The position numbers and the translations under genes are program-made. A DNA stretch of 62,211 bases, filler included, from Actinomycetota bacterium (GTDB lineage: Bacteria > Actinomycetota > Actinomycetes > JAKEEW01): NCBI GenBank assembly GCA_046725875.1. It is 5 parts of 5 records of this genome, joined end to end, with 100 filler letters (N's around TTAATTAATTAA, not from the genome) between each part and the next. Parts side by side here need not be neighbours in the genome. Positions count along the whole stretch, not along the records: positions 49,711 to 55,722 come from JBKOZJ010000119.1; positions 55,823 to 62,211 come from JBKOZJ010000122.1; 3 more parts are not named here. One strand, written 5' to 3'. Below, piece after piece: positions 50,700-59,473 of this stretch. Positions within the stretch are counted from its first letter, which is position 1. Each line of letters starts with the position of its first letter. The notes under the pieces were generated by a model. It was not told the DNA's origin and did not search any database. It was given only the letters and a program-made list of their open reading frames with translations.

Positions 50700-51094
50700 G
50701 GCCCCCCAGCCCCCGTGGCCGGGTCGTCCCCGGCTAGTAAGAGTTCCAGGCGCGCGCGAAGCCTCGGGTCGGCGCGGGCCTCACGCAGGAAGTGGGTGAC
50801 GGCCGCCTCCCCGTGCTGGCGGATCACGTCACGGACCGCCAGCGCTGCCACATCGCCGACCGCCGGCTCGTACACGTAACCGCGTCCGGCTGGCGTCCGC
50901 CGCAGCACATCTCGCTCTGTGAGCCGTGCCATTACCGTGGTGACGGTCGTGTACGCCAGGGGAACCCGGCCACGCGAGTTCAAGGCATCCTGCACGGCCC
51001 GCGGAGTGAGCGGCTCCCCGGCCTCCCACAGCGTCTGCATCACCTCAACCGCCAGCGGCCCCAGCAGGCGAGACGGGACCTTTCGGCCGTTCAC
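50696..51094 (-). CDS. BlaI/MecI/CopY family repressor
   Basis: LGPLAVEVMQTLW, LAYTTVTTVMARL, GRGYVY; start inferred (GTG 51094). Confidence 0.9.
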   Translation of the reverse strand: MNGRKVPSRLLGPLAVEVMQTLWEAGEPLTPRAVQDALNSRGRVPLAYTTVTTVMARLTERDVLRRTPAGRGYVYEPAVGDVAALAVRDVIRQHGEAAVTHFLREARADPRLRARLELLLAGDDPATGAGGP

Positions 51095-51106
51095 GACATC
51101 ATCATC

Positions 51107-51172
51107 TACTACAGCGCCGTAGCAGGCAAGCTCGCACCGCGCTCCGGCATGCTGTACTACGATACCGTAGTA
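51107..51172. promoter_or_regulatory. Two palindromic BlaI-type operator candidates
   Basis: TACTAC-N6-GTAGCA (51107-51124) and TACTAC-N6-GTAGTA (51155-51172) just upstream of blaI. Confidence 0.75.
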
Positions 51173-51240
51173 GCGCAGGTGGGTAGTCAAAGCTATCCCG
51201 ACGGTGCACCGGAAACGTGTCACGAAAGGAAACTTGGTGA

Positions 51241-51738
51241 ATGTCGACGCTGCGGATTAGAGCCGCATCGCCCGAGGACTGGCCAGGGATCTGGCAATTC
51301 ATGCGCCGAATCGTCGCCGCGGGCGAGACCTTTTCCTGGGACCGCGACATCGCCGAGGACGATGCACGCGCGAGGTGGTGCCACCAGCCGCCTGGCCGCA
51401 CCTTCGTCGCTGTTGACGAGGATGGCGTAATCATCGGCACCGCTGAAAGCGAGCCCAACCATGGCGGTCCAGCCGCACACGTGGCCACAGCGAGTTTCAT
51501 GGTCGACCCCGACCGGCAAGGCCGCGGCGTCGGACGAGCGCTGTGCGCACACGTCCTCGAGACAGCACGCGCCGACGGCTACCGGGCGATGACGTTCAAC
51601 GCTGTCGTCGAAACCAACACCACGGCGGTGAAGCTCTGGCGCTCGTTCGGCTTCGAGATCCTCGCCACGGTGCCCGAGGCATTCCACCACCCGTTCGCCG
51701 GCTACGTCGGGCTCCATGTTATGCATCGCCGCCTATGA
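51241..51738 (+). CDS. GNAT family N-acetyltransferase
   Basis: HVATASFMV, QGRGVG, FNAVVETN, LWRSFGF, VPEAF. Confidence 0.92.
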   Translation: MSTLRIRAASPEDWPGIWQFMRRIVAAGETFSWDRDIAEDDARARWCHQPPGRTFVAVDEDGVIIGTAESEPNHGGPAAHVATASFMVDPDRQGRGVGRALCAHVLETARADGYRAMTFNAVVETNTTAVKLWRSFGFEILATVPEAFHHPFAGYVGLHVMHRRL

Positions 51739-51779
51739 CTCAAGTCGAATGCCTCCCTTCGCTTGCCTTTGGAGACGTC

Positions 51780-51896
51780 ATGCTGGAACTAGGTGCACTC
51801 CTCGACTCCGTCCCGCACTACCTGGCAGAGCCGCGCCGTGCGGCGCTGTCCACGATCGGGCCGAAAGGCGCGCCTTACTCGGCTGTCGTCCACTAA
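51780..51896 (+). pseudogene. Possible truncated PPOX-class (pyridoxamine oxidase-like) gene
   Basis: YLAEPRRAALSTIGPKGAPYSAVV then stop; GGAG RBS. Confidence 0.4.
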
Positions 51897-51945
51897 AGAC
51901 ACCGCTTCGGACCTCAGCGACGAGTTGGCCTTCTGGGATTGACAG

Positions 51946-52134
51946 GTGACCACCGTGTGGGCAGTACGGCTCTTCGGCTGGGGAGTGATGGGCATGGGAA
52001 CGGCGTCGTTCCTACTCATTCCGTGGTTGATCGCGAAGGGTAGGAGTAACGAGTTGCCTTCCGCGATCGGGGTCGGCCTGGTCTGTCTCGCGATCGGCGT
52101 CATCCTGGTGAAGGTGACGAAGCCGGACCAGTGA
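51946..52134 (+). CDS. Small two-TM membrane protein
   Basis: 62 aa with two hydrophobic segments. Confidence 0.5.
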   Translation: MTTVWAVRLFGWGVMGMGTASFLLIPWLIAKGRSNELPSAIGVGLVCLAIGVILVKVTKPDQ

Positions 52135-52209
52135 CCCGCGCCGCTCAGCGAAGGGAGTGGGCCGAACATGGACGCCCGACCGGAGGACTGGCCGCGGTGA
52201 GGGGAGGTC

Positions 52210-52395
52210 CGCGCCGTGCGCTGGGGCTGGTCTCAGCCTGGTGGAAACCGGGCGTTGACCCGAAAACCGGCAAAGAAAGATCATGCCGACCTGCACCACG
52301 CCCGGGCCGACAGGGTGGCCACCGCGGTCGTGGCGGGGCCGGTTCGCCAAGCGCCGGGGCGGTCATCCCGCCGCCGGCTACTGCGGGCCACGGTA
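52210..52395 (+). pseudogene. Degraded SOS-response-associated peptidase (SRAP/YedK) remnant
   Basis: Collinear motifs across shifting frames: RWG/LVSAWWK, HARADRVAT, FAKRR, AVIP/AGY. Confidence 0.45.
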
Positions 52396-52478
52396 GGAAG
52401 CCTCATCAGCCGGCCGTGAGGCGCCCGGGAGAGGCTTTCGCCCGCAAGATCTCCGGTCAAGATCGTCTCCGATCGCCG

Positions 52479-52492
52479 AATGCAACAGAGCC
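52479..52492. mobile_element. Solo IS6-family terminal inverted repeat
   Basis: AATGCAACAGAGCC (reverse complement GGCTCTGTTGCATT). Confidence 0.6.
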
Positions 52493-52606
52493 GTTGAAAC
52501 GGCCCCCGTACATCGTGCCGCGCGATACCATCGGCACATTCTGCAATGGGCGGTCGGGGGGACCGTGAAGCGCGCCCCTCCGGCCGGCAAGAGGGGGGAG
52601 CCGGTC

Positions 52607-53116
52607 ATGAGCCCGAAGAAAGCAGCCGCGCTGGTGGCGGCGTCGATCGCTGTCCTGCTGACCAGCGCCAATGTCCCGCAATCCGCAGCGCAAGAGCAAC
52701 CACCGCCAATCGCCACTGAGTTCTTGACACCACGCGCGGTGTTCACCGACGACATCGACCTGAAGGTCAAGAGAAGCCTGGGCCAGCGGACGGAGGTTGC
52801 GAACGCGAAAGATCCCTCGCGCACCGTGGTGGCACGGTTCACCGTGCAGCCCGGAGCACAGTTCCCCTGGCATAGCCACGCCGGCTCCGTGATCGTCAAC
52901 GTCGTCGAGGGCGCGCTGGTGTACGTGGGCGCCGACGACTGCGTCGAGCATGAATACCCGGCAGGGACTGCCTTTGTCGACCTCGGTCACGGCGACGTCC
53001 ACACGGCTTTCAACGCAACCGGCGATGTGACGGTGCTCGTGGCCACGTTCTTCGAGGCACCCGCCGCTGGTCCGCTGCTAATCCCGGCGGAGACGCCCGA
53101 GAACTGCGCCATCTAG
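52607..53116 (+). CDS. Secreted cupin domain protein
   Basis: Signal peptide; PGAQFPWHSHAG..VVEG and VHTAFN cupin motifs. Confidence 0.88.
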   Translation: MSPKKAAALVAASIAVLLTSANVPQSAAQEQPPPIATEFLTPRAVFTDDIDLKVKRSLGQRTEVANAKDPSRTVVARFTVQPGAQFPWHSHAGSVIVNVVEGALVYVGADDCVEHEYPAGTAFVDLGHGDVHTAFNATGDVTVLVATFFEAPAAGPLLIPAETPENCAI

Positions 53117-53179
53117 AGAGCTCCACGCGCCCCCGCAGGCCGCGCGGCCACCCAACCGAATGACTGGCTGGCGTATGTA

Positions 53180-53670
53180 GGGTCGGTGACGACCTCCACC
53201 GGCACGGCACCGGTGCTGGTTCTCGCCTGCTGGAAGAACCGGCGGGCCGCCTCGCTGTCCCGGCGGGTTGACGCGTACACGTCGATGACCTGCCCGAACT
53301 GGCCGACCGCCCGGTCCAGGTAGATTCACCGACCGGCGACCTTCACCTGCGTCTCGTCCACGTGCCAGCGGTTGCCGACCCGGTGCCGGCCGAACCGGGC
53401 CGCGTCGGCCAGCAGGGGGCTAAACCGCTGCACGCACCGGTGCACGGTGACGTGGTCGACCTCGATGCCGCGCTCGGCGAGTAGCTCCTCGATGTCGCGA
53501 GAGGACAGTCCGAAGCGCAGATACCATCGCACCGCCAGCACGATCACATCCGGCGGGAGCCGGAAGCCGGCGAACGCCGAGCGAGCAGGAACCGTCAGGT
53601 CGGTACGCCGAGTCAGCCGCATGGGCCGAAGCATGCCGAGGCGTCCGGGCTCAGTCAACGCAACAAACCC
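53180..53670 (-). mobile_element. IS6 family element, truncated, transposase pseudogene
   Basis: IR GGGTTTGTTGCGTTGAC ending 53670; FAGFR..AVRWYLRFGLS..WHVDET; in-frame TGA at 53326 then YLDRAVGQFGQVIDV..VVTD; 3' half missing. Confidence 0.88.
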
Positions 53671-53681
53671 CGGTCGGACAC

Positions 53682-55061
53682 CTACGACATTTCAGCGAGT
53701 TCGGCCATCCTGGCCATCCCCGCCCCGACGTGCTTGCGAAAGCGCTCCACGGCGGCAGTCAGTTCGGCGGAGCCTGCCATGTCCGGGGGGATGCGACCCG
53801 GGTTCAGCGAGACCCGGTTGGCCCACGCCTGGATGCCGGGGTGGGACCCAAACGACATCGATGCCCGATTGCCCAGCACCTGCATCCGCGCCCAATCGGC
53901 GGGCGTATTGGAGTACGGCGATGGCGGGCACAGCCTGTTCTTCTGGTCGTCGTCGTCGAGCGTGGCCTCCACATACCCGGCTAGCGCCGCGCCGAAGCAG
54001 GGAAATCCGGTCCGGATCGGCTGCAGCGTGATCGTCTCGCTACCCCAGATCGGAAGCAACGGCGGGTACTGCAGCCCCGATGCGGCGCAGTGCACGATCA
54101 CAGCGTCCTTCGCGATAGCAACCTCACCCGCGCCGAACACCAACCGGGCCGGCGCCACGTGTCGAAGGTGTCCGAACTGGACGACGTGTTCGATCGTGCG
54201 CAATCGGTCGAGTTCCCACCGGGCGAGCGTCGGGGTCTTCGCCATCGTGGGGGTCACCGACCGGTCGATGCGCAGCATCACGCCCGCCTCCTCCAACCGG
54301 CAGAACAAGTCGTCCGGCGATGCTGCCTTGGCCGCTGCTGCCACGGTGTCCGCCGCCATCCCAATGAAGACAGCAGGGTTTGGCTGGACCACCGCGCGGT
54401 TGAGCATCCACGGGTCGCGGGGCCGCACCCAACAGATCTCGCCTGGATCGACCCCGTTCTCGAGCAGCCAGATGCATGCATCGGTAGCGGTCTTTCCCGA
54501 ACCGACGATCACGTACTGCGACGGCGCACCACCAAGCTTGACCAGGTCGTTGACGGCAACAACGCGCACCTCATCAGCGATGCCGAACGGTGCTGCGGTT
54601 CCTGCCGGTATCTGAGGGGACAGGTAGCGGGCGTCAACAACGCGCCGCCTGGCGCGAACCTCGAAACGCCTACCGGATAGGCGCGACACGAACCGACCCT
54701 CGCCGAGGTAGTCACAGTTCGGATAGAAGGACACCTTCCCGGACGCAAGCATGCGCTCGCGCAGCACCCGCACGTAGTACGCGCAAACCTCCGGCGCCGT
54801 CGCTCGCTCATGCAAGCCGGCTTCGGGCCCGTCCTGCTGGATGCGCCCATCGCCGAGCAACGTCGATGCCACGCCGTAGAACGCGGATGCCTGGTGCAGG
54901 CGGACAAACGGGTACGCGTCCAGCCAATGTCCACCGACACCATGCCGACGGTCGACCATGACCACTCTGACGTCCGCATGGTCGATCAGCGCGTCCGTGA
55001 AAGCCATCCCCGCCGCGCCCGCGCCGACCACCAGATAGTCGGCTTCCAACACCCCTACCAC
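53682..55061 (-). CDS. FAD/NAD(P)-binding oxidoreductase
   Basis: VVGAGAAG, GGHWLDAYPFVRLHQ, VIVGSGKTA; start uncertain. Confidence 0.88.
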   Translation of the reverse strand: MVGVLEADYLVVGAGAAGMAFTDALIDHADVRVVMVDRRHGVGGHWLDAYPFVRLHQASAFYGVASTLLGDGRIQQDGPEAGLHERATAPEVCAYYVRVLRERMLASGKVSFYPNCDYLGEGRFVSRLSGRRFEVRARRRVVDARYLSPQIPAGTAAPFGIADEVRVVAVNDLVKLGGAPSQYVIVGSGKTATDACIWLLENGVDPGEICWVRPRDPWMLNRAVVQPNPAVFIGMAADTVAAAAKAASPDDLFCRLEEAGVMLRIDRSVTPTMAKTPTLARWELDRLRTIEHVVQFGHLRHVAPARLVFGAGEVAIAKDAVIVHCAASGLQYPPLLPIWGSETITLQPIRTGFPCFGAALAGYVEATLDDDDQKNRLCPPSPYSNTPADWARMQVLGNRASMSFGSHPGIQAWANRVSLNPGRIPPDMAGSAELTAAVERFRKHVGAGMARMAELAEMS

Positions 55062-55240
55062 GGGCTCATGCTGTCCTCCGCCGACGGAGCGGGTCAACAG
55101 CCTCACGGGTCAGGAACTCCATTTCGATCGCCTCGGTTCAGAACGGCATGGCGGATACAAGAGGCCCGGCATTCCACGGCTTGTGACGTGAAGCCAGGAC
55201 CGTTCATCAAAGATCCTCAATGCTCGACATGTCGCCGATC

Positions 55241-55413
55241 GGGTTTGTTGCATTGACGGACAAGCTGTCGGTTGGGCAAGATCCGGCCGCGTCCAGCCCG
55301 CAATCTTCGACTTGCCATCGCGTTCGGCCCAACTAGCGTCGGCCGTTTGAGTGCGGCGTCGGGGGCGAGACACCAGCTGCGCGTGCGCAACGACCGGCCA
55401 ACGCAACCCAGCC
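55241..55413 (+). mobile_element. Internally deleted IS6 derivative (MITE-like, 173 bp)
   Basis: Left IR GGGTTTGTTGCATTGAC, remnant resembling transposase C-terminus (LRLAIAF/QLASAV*), right IR-like CAACGCAACCCAGCC. Confidence 0.65.
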
Positions 55414-55722
55414 ATCACGCGCCGCAGAGATACGCCGGTGAGGTGTCCTTAGTCCCGGAGAGAGGGGACGTTCGTGCCTCATTCGGCGCTCACTTTGTTA
55501 ATACCGTACGGGGTATGAGTACGCCTCGTTGTCGCCTGCTGGGGGACGGGCGGCGACGAGGTCGGGGGTGGCCCCAGCTGCGCCTTGAGGGGGACTCGGG
55601 CGGATAGCTGGGGCCGCCTCTAGTGGGCGGTTGCTCGCGGTAGGCGGTCCTGCTTGGAAGCTGGGTCGGGGGGCAGGCGGGTGGCCGCAGCCACCGCTCT
55701 TTCGGCACGGAGAGCCCAAAGG

Positions 55723-55822
55723 NNNNNNNNNNNNNNNNNNNNNNNNNNNNNNNNNNNNNNNNNNNNTTAATTAATTAANNNNNNNNNNNNNNNNNNNNNN
55801 NNNNNNNNNNNNNNNNNNNNNN
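55723..55822. other. Artificial contig spacer
   Basis: N44-TTAATTAATTAA-N44. Confidence 0.99.
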
Positions 55823-55920
55823 GAACATCAGACCCAGAGGCCGGCCGGAACGGGTCCGGGAAGGGGCCCGCCCGTATGGGCGAGGCGAGTCCAGGAGTAT
55901 GGCGCTAGCGTGCACCCGAG

Positions 55921-56268
55921 TTGGCCGCCCTGTCGCACGCTTGGAGTGAGTCATGCGGGTGCTGGAGAGATCTCTACGCCTCGTTGCGTCGCCTGACCAG
56001 GCGTCGTCTCCCGGCCGTACCGACGCCTGGTTTTTTGGCGCAGGCGAGCGGGAGAGCGATGGATGGCCTTCAGCGTCTGATCCGGCGACGGCTCCCGTTG
56101 GGCTACCAGGCACCCTGGATCGTTACACACTTCCGAGGAACCGACAGTTCGAGGGCCGGTAAGGAGCTCGGCGTGGAGCCACCCCCGCTCGACGAGACGC
56201 TGGCCGACGCGATCCGGTGGATGGTGGAGGCGGGGCACCTGCCGGCGAGATTCGCTGGAAGGCTTTGA
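55921..56268 (+). pseudogene. C-terminal fragment resembling an NAD-dependent epimerase/dehydratase
   Basis: DSSRAGKELG...LDETLADAIRWMVEAGHL tail; no N-terminal domain in frame. Confidence 0.55.
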
Positions 56269-56351
56269 GCGAGCCGACTAATCGCCCTGGCGGCACCATG
56301 ACCACTCAACCTCCGGTCGGCGGCACGCTCCGCTCGCCAGTCGTGGCGCAG

Positions 56352-56534
56352 TCATGCGGCAAGTGCCGGCAGTGACCGTCGGGCGTGGTTGCGGCCGGTG
56401 CCACCGCTTACGCGGGTGCCGCAGTAGCACTCGACGTCGAGGACGATTCCACGCTCGGTGTTGATCAGCGACCGGATCCGCCGCGTTCCTACCAGAACCT
56501 TTGACCCGTGTGTCGGGCAGTCGATGGTGAACAT
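56352..56534 (-). CDS. Small putative zinc-ribbon protein (60 aa)
   Basis: CPTH...CYCG; GGAGG RBS before ATG 56534. Confidence 0.72.
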   Translation of the reverse strand: MFTIDCPTHGSKVLVGTRRIRSLINTERGIVLDVECYCGTRVSGGTGRNHARRSLPALAA

Positions 56535-56671
56535 TGGTGTGGCCTCCATCTTTCGTCGCTCTGTCTGTCGTCAACGGTAGGAAGGAATTGGGTCGCTGAT
56601 CAGATCCAGTTTCCCGACAGTTGAGTGGTCCGGCTGGGGTGCGTGCGCTGCACCGGCCGGTTCCGCTGGGT

Positions 56672-56779
56672 CTAGCTGGCCTTACGGATCTGCTCGGCGA
56701 CTCGGTCTGCTTCCGCCTCATCCAGGAAGCGACGCTGCCGGTAGTCCACCTCGGCTCGGAGAACGGCCTCGTGGTTCAT
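56672..56779 (-). CDS. Micro-protein (35 aa)
   Basis: MNHEAVLRAEVDYRQRRFLDEAEADRVAEQIRKAS; GAGGAG RBS. Confidence 0.55.
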   Translation of the reverse strand: MNHEAVLRAEVDYRQRRFLDEAEADRVAEQIRKAS

Positions 56780-57120
56780 GATCTACATCTCCTCGTGTCG
56801 TCGCCGCTGATCGGCTTGACATCGAGGTTCGCGCTGAGGCGGCGCCCGGCACATCGGAACATCAGGTCGACGCTCGCCTCGAGCCCCTTAGTCCGTCGCT
56901 TTTGGGCCGCCTTATGTGCCGTCCGCGGCCTTACGCGGGTGCTTGCCCATGGACGGACAGGTCGTATCCCGAGTGGGATTGTTGGAGACGGTGCTCGGGT
57001 CCGAGCGGCCGCAAGAAGTCGAGGTACGTGCCCGTGCTGTCCCGCCAGCGGCCGATGCTCGACACTTTGGTCGTTTGATTGTTTATGCCTATCGTGGCGA
57101 CTGCCGAGGACTGATCACGG

Positions 57121-57651
57121 ATGAGCGGGATGCAAGTGCGGTCGGCACGCCCGGGGGACGGACCCGGATGTGCGCAGGCATGGATCGATGCCGGCCGGTA
57201 CTACACCGAGATCGACCCTGAGCAGTTCCAACTTCCTGCCGAGGACGGTTTGGCGGACTGGTTCGAACGTCTGCACGCGAACCCGGCACCCGACCGCCTG
57301 GTGCTCGTGGCGGGTGTGCCGGAGAATGTGGCCGGGTTTGTTTCGGCCGTGCTGCAGTCACCGGAGCCCGACGCGCACTGGGAGTTGGTGCGTCATCTCG
57401 GCCAGCCGCGAGTGTTTGTGGAAGCCCTGGTTGTCGCGGAACGCTATCGCCGCCAAGGCGTTGGTACGGCTCTCATGACGGCGGTGGAGCGCTGGGCCCG
57501 GCAACATCGCGCGACCAGCTTGTACTTGCGCACCAACCTGCGCAGTCCGCTGTCTGTGTCCTTCTACGAGCACCGGATGGGGTACACGCGTGACGGCGTG
57601 GTGTTTCGGAAGAGGCTTCCGGCGTTGACGGCCGGCGCCGGCTGCACATAG
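57121..57651 (+). CDS. GNAT family N-acetyltransferase
   Basis: [17 protein letters not shown]. Confidence 0.9.
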   Translation: MSGMQVRSARPGDGPGCAQAWIDAGRYYTEIDPEQFQLPAEDGLADWFERLHANPAPDRLVLVAGVPENVAGFVSAVLQSPEPDAHWELVRHLGQPRVFVEALVVAERYRRQGVGTALMTAVERWARQHRATSLYLRTNLRSPLSVSFYEHRMGYTRDGVVFRKRLPALTAGAGCT

Positions 57652-57728
57652 AGACACGATCGGCACCGGTCAAACTGACGGCGTCCCGCGGTGATAGCGT
57701 GGCCACATCGCGGTACATCCGCGGTCGG

Positions 57729-57798
57729 CCGCCGAGAGGCGCTGCAACGGACCTGATCCGCCACGCTCGGCAGCCGACCTCTGACCCAAGGGCGCCTC
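57729..57798 (+). promoter_or_regulatory. SAH riboswitch
   Basis: GCCGAG-AGGCGCTGCAACGG...CCGCCACG-CTCGGC stem plus downstream GCGCCTC complementary to GAGGCGC (pseudoknot); directly upstream of ahcY. Confidence 0.85.
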
Positions 57799-57869
57799 CG
57801 GTCACTCGGGAGGCGGGACTTGGCTCAGGCACGACCCTCTCCTCCCGGTGGGAAGTGGAGGGAATCGCT

Positions 57870-59324
57870 ATGTCCGACAAGCAGCGCACCGTTGACGGCT
57901 TGCAGTTCGCGGTCGCCGACCTGGGCCTGGCCGAGTACGGCCGGACCCAGATCCGCCTGGCCGAGCACGAGATGCCTGGCCTGATGGCGGTGCGCCGGGA
58001 GTACGCCGCGGCGCTGCCGTTGCGGGGCGCGCGGATCGCCGGCTCGCTGCACATGACTGTGCAGACGGCCGTGCTCATCGAGACGCTCGTCGAACTCGGC
58101 GCCGAGGTCCGCTGGGTGTCCTGCAACATCTTCTCTACACAGGACGAGGCGGCGGCCGCGGTGGTCGTCGGGCCGGACGGTACTCCGGACGCGCCGCGCG
58201 GCGTACCGGTGTTCGCCTGGAAGGGCGAGAGCGTCGAGGACTACTGGTGGTGCACCGACCAGGTCTTCCGCTTCGCGGACGGCCAGGGGCCGAACTCAAT
58301 GGTGGACGACGGCGGCGACGCCACGCTCCTGGTGCACCTCGGCGCCCGGTTCGAGGCGAAGGGCGAGGTACCGACACCAGTCGCGGGGGATTCGCCCGAT
58401 TACCGCTGCGCGCTGCGGCTGCTCGCGGCAAGCCTGGCCGAGGACGGGCAGCGGTTCACCCGGATCGCGGCCGGCATGCGCGGCGTCTCCGAGGAGACCT
58501 CGGCCGGCGTCGCCCGCCTCTACCAGCTGGAACGCGACGGCGAGTTGCTGTTCCCCGCGGTCAACGTGAACGACTCGGTGACCAAGAGCAAGTTCGACAA
58601 CAAGTACGGCATCCGTCACTCGCTGATCGACGGCCTCAACCGCGCGACCGACGTGATGCTCGCCGGTAAGCTCGCCGTCGTCTGCGGGTACGGCGACGTG
58701 GGCAAGGGCGCGGTCGAGGCGCTGCGTGGGCAGGGCGCCCGGGTCGTAGTGACCGAGGTCGACCCGATCTGCGCGCTACAGGCCGCGATGGCCGGCCTGA
58801 CCGTGGTACGGCTGGAGGACGTCGTCGAGGACGCGGACCTGGTCGTCACCACCACCGGCAACACCGGCGTGGTCTTGGTCGACCACATGGCCCGGATGAA
58901 GCACCAGGCGATCGTCGGCAACATCGGCCACTTCGACGACGAGATCGACATGGCCGGCCTTGCTACAGTGCCCGGCATCGTGAAGTCGCCGGTCAAGCCG
59001 CAGGTGGACGAGTGGCGGTTCCCGGACGGCCACTCGATCATCGTGCTGTCCGAGGGCCGCTTGCTGAATCTGGGCAACGCGACCGGCCACCCGAGCTTCG
59101 TGATGTCCGCCTCGTTCGCGAACCAGACGCTGGCGCAGATCGAGCTGTTCACAACGGCGCTGGACGTGCGCGTGCACCGGCTGCCGAAGGCCCTCGACGA
59201 GAAGGTGGCCCGGCTGCACCTCGACGCGCTCGGCGCCCGGCTCACGACGATGCGCCCGGAGCAGGCCGCGTACATCGGCGTGCCCGTGAAGGGTCCGTAC
59301 AAGCAAGACCACTACCGGTATTGA
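57870..59324 (+). CDS. ahcY: Adenosylhomocysteinase
   Basis: [47 protein letters not shown]-terminal HYRY. Confidence 0.98.
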   Translation: MSDKQRTVDGLQFAVADLGLAEYGRTQIRLAEHEMPGLMAVRREYAAALPLRGARIAGSLHMTVQTAVLIETLVELGAEVRWVSCNIFSTQDEAAAAVVVGPDGTPDAPRGVPVFAWKGESVEDYWWCTDQVFRFADGQGPNSMVDDGGDATLLVHLGARFEAKGEVPTPVAGDSPDYRCALRLLAASLAEDGQRFTRIAAGMRGVSEETSAGVARLYQLERDGELLFPAVNVNDSVTKSKFDNKYGIRHSLIDGLNRATDVMLAGKLAVVCGYGDVGKGAVEALRGQGARVVVTEVDPICALQAAMAGLTVVRLEDVVEDADLVVTTTGNTGVVLVDHMARMKHQAIVGNIGHFDDEIDMAGLATVPGIVKSPVKPQVDEWRFPDGHSIIVLSEGRLLNLGNATGHPSFVMSASFANQTLAQIELFTTALDVRVHRLPKALDEKVARLHLDALGARLTTMRPEQAAYIGVPVKGPYKQDHYRY

Positions 59325-59473
59325 ACCGCGCGGTGCCCGGCCGAGAGGTACGGCGAGCGGGCCCGTACCCGTCCGAGTGCCACCGCGCTGTATCGGCAGC
59401 AGGGGACAGCAATAGGACCGGCACTGCGACGTCGCGCGCGATGCCACCGAGGGCGTGCCGCTCGCCGCCGGGC

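Noticed and set aside
53326..53328. Recoded TGA in the IS6 transposase
   Set aside because: It lies where Trp is expected in a gene that is also truncated; simple nonsense mutation
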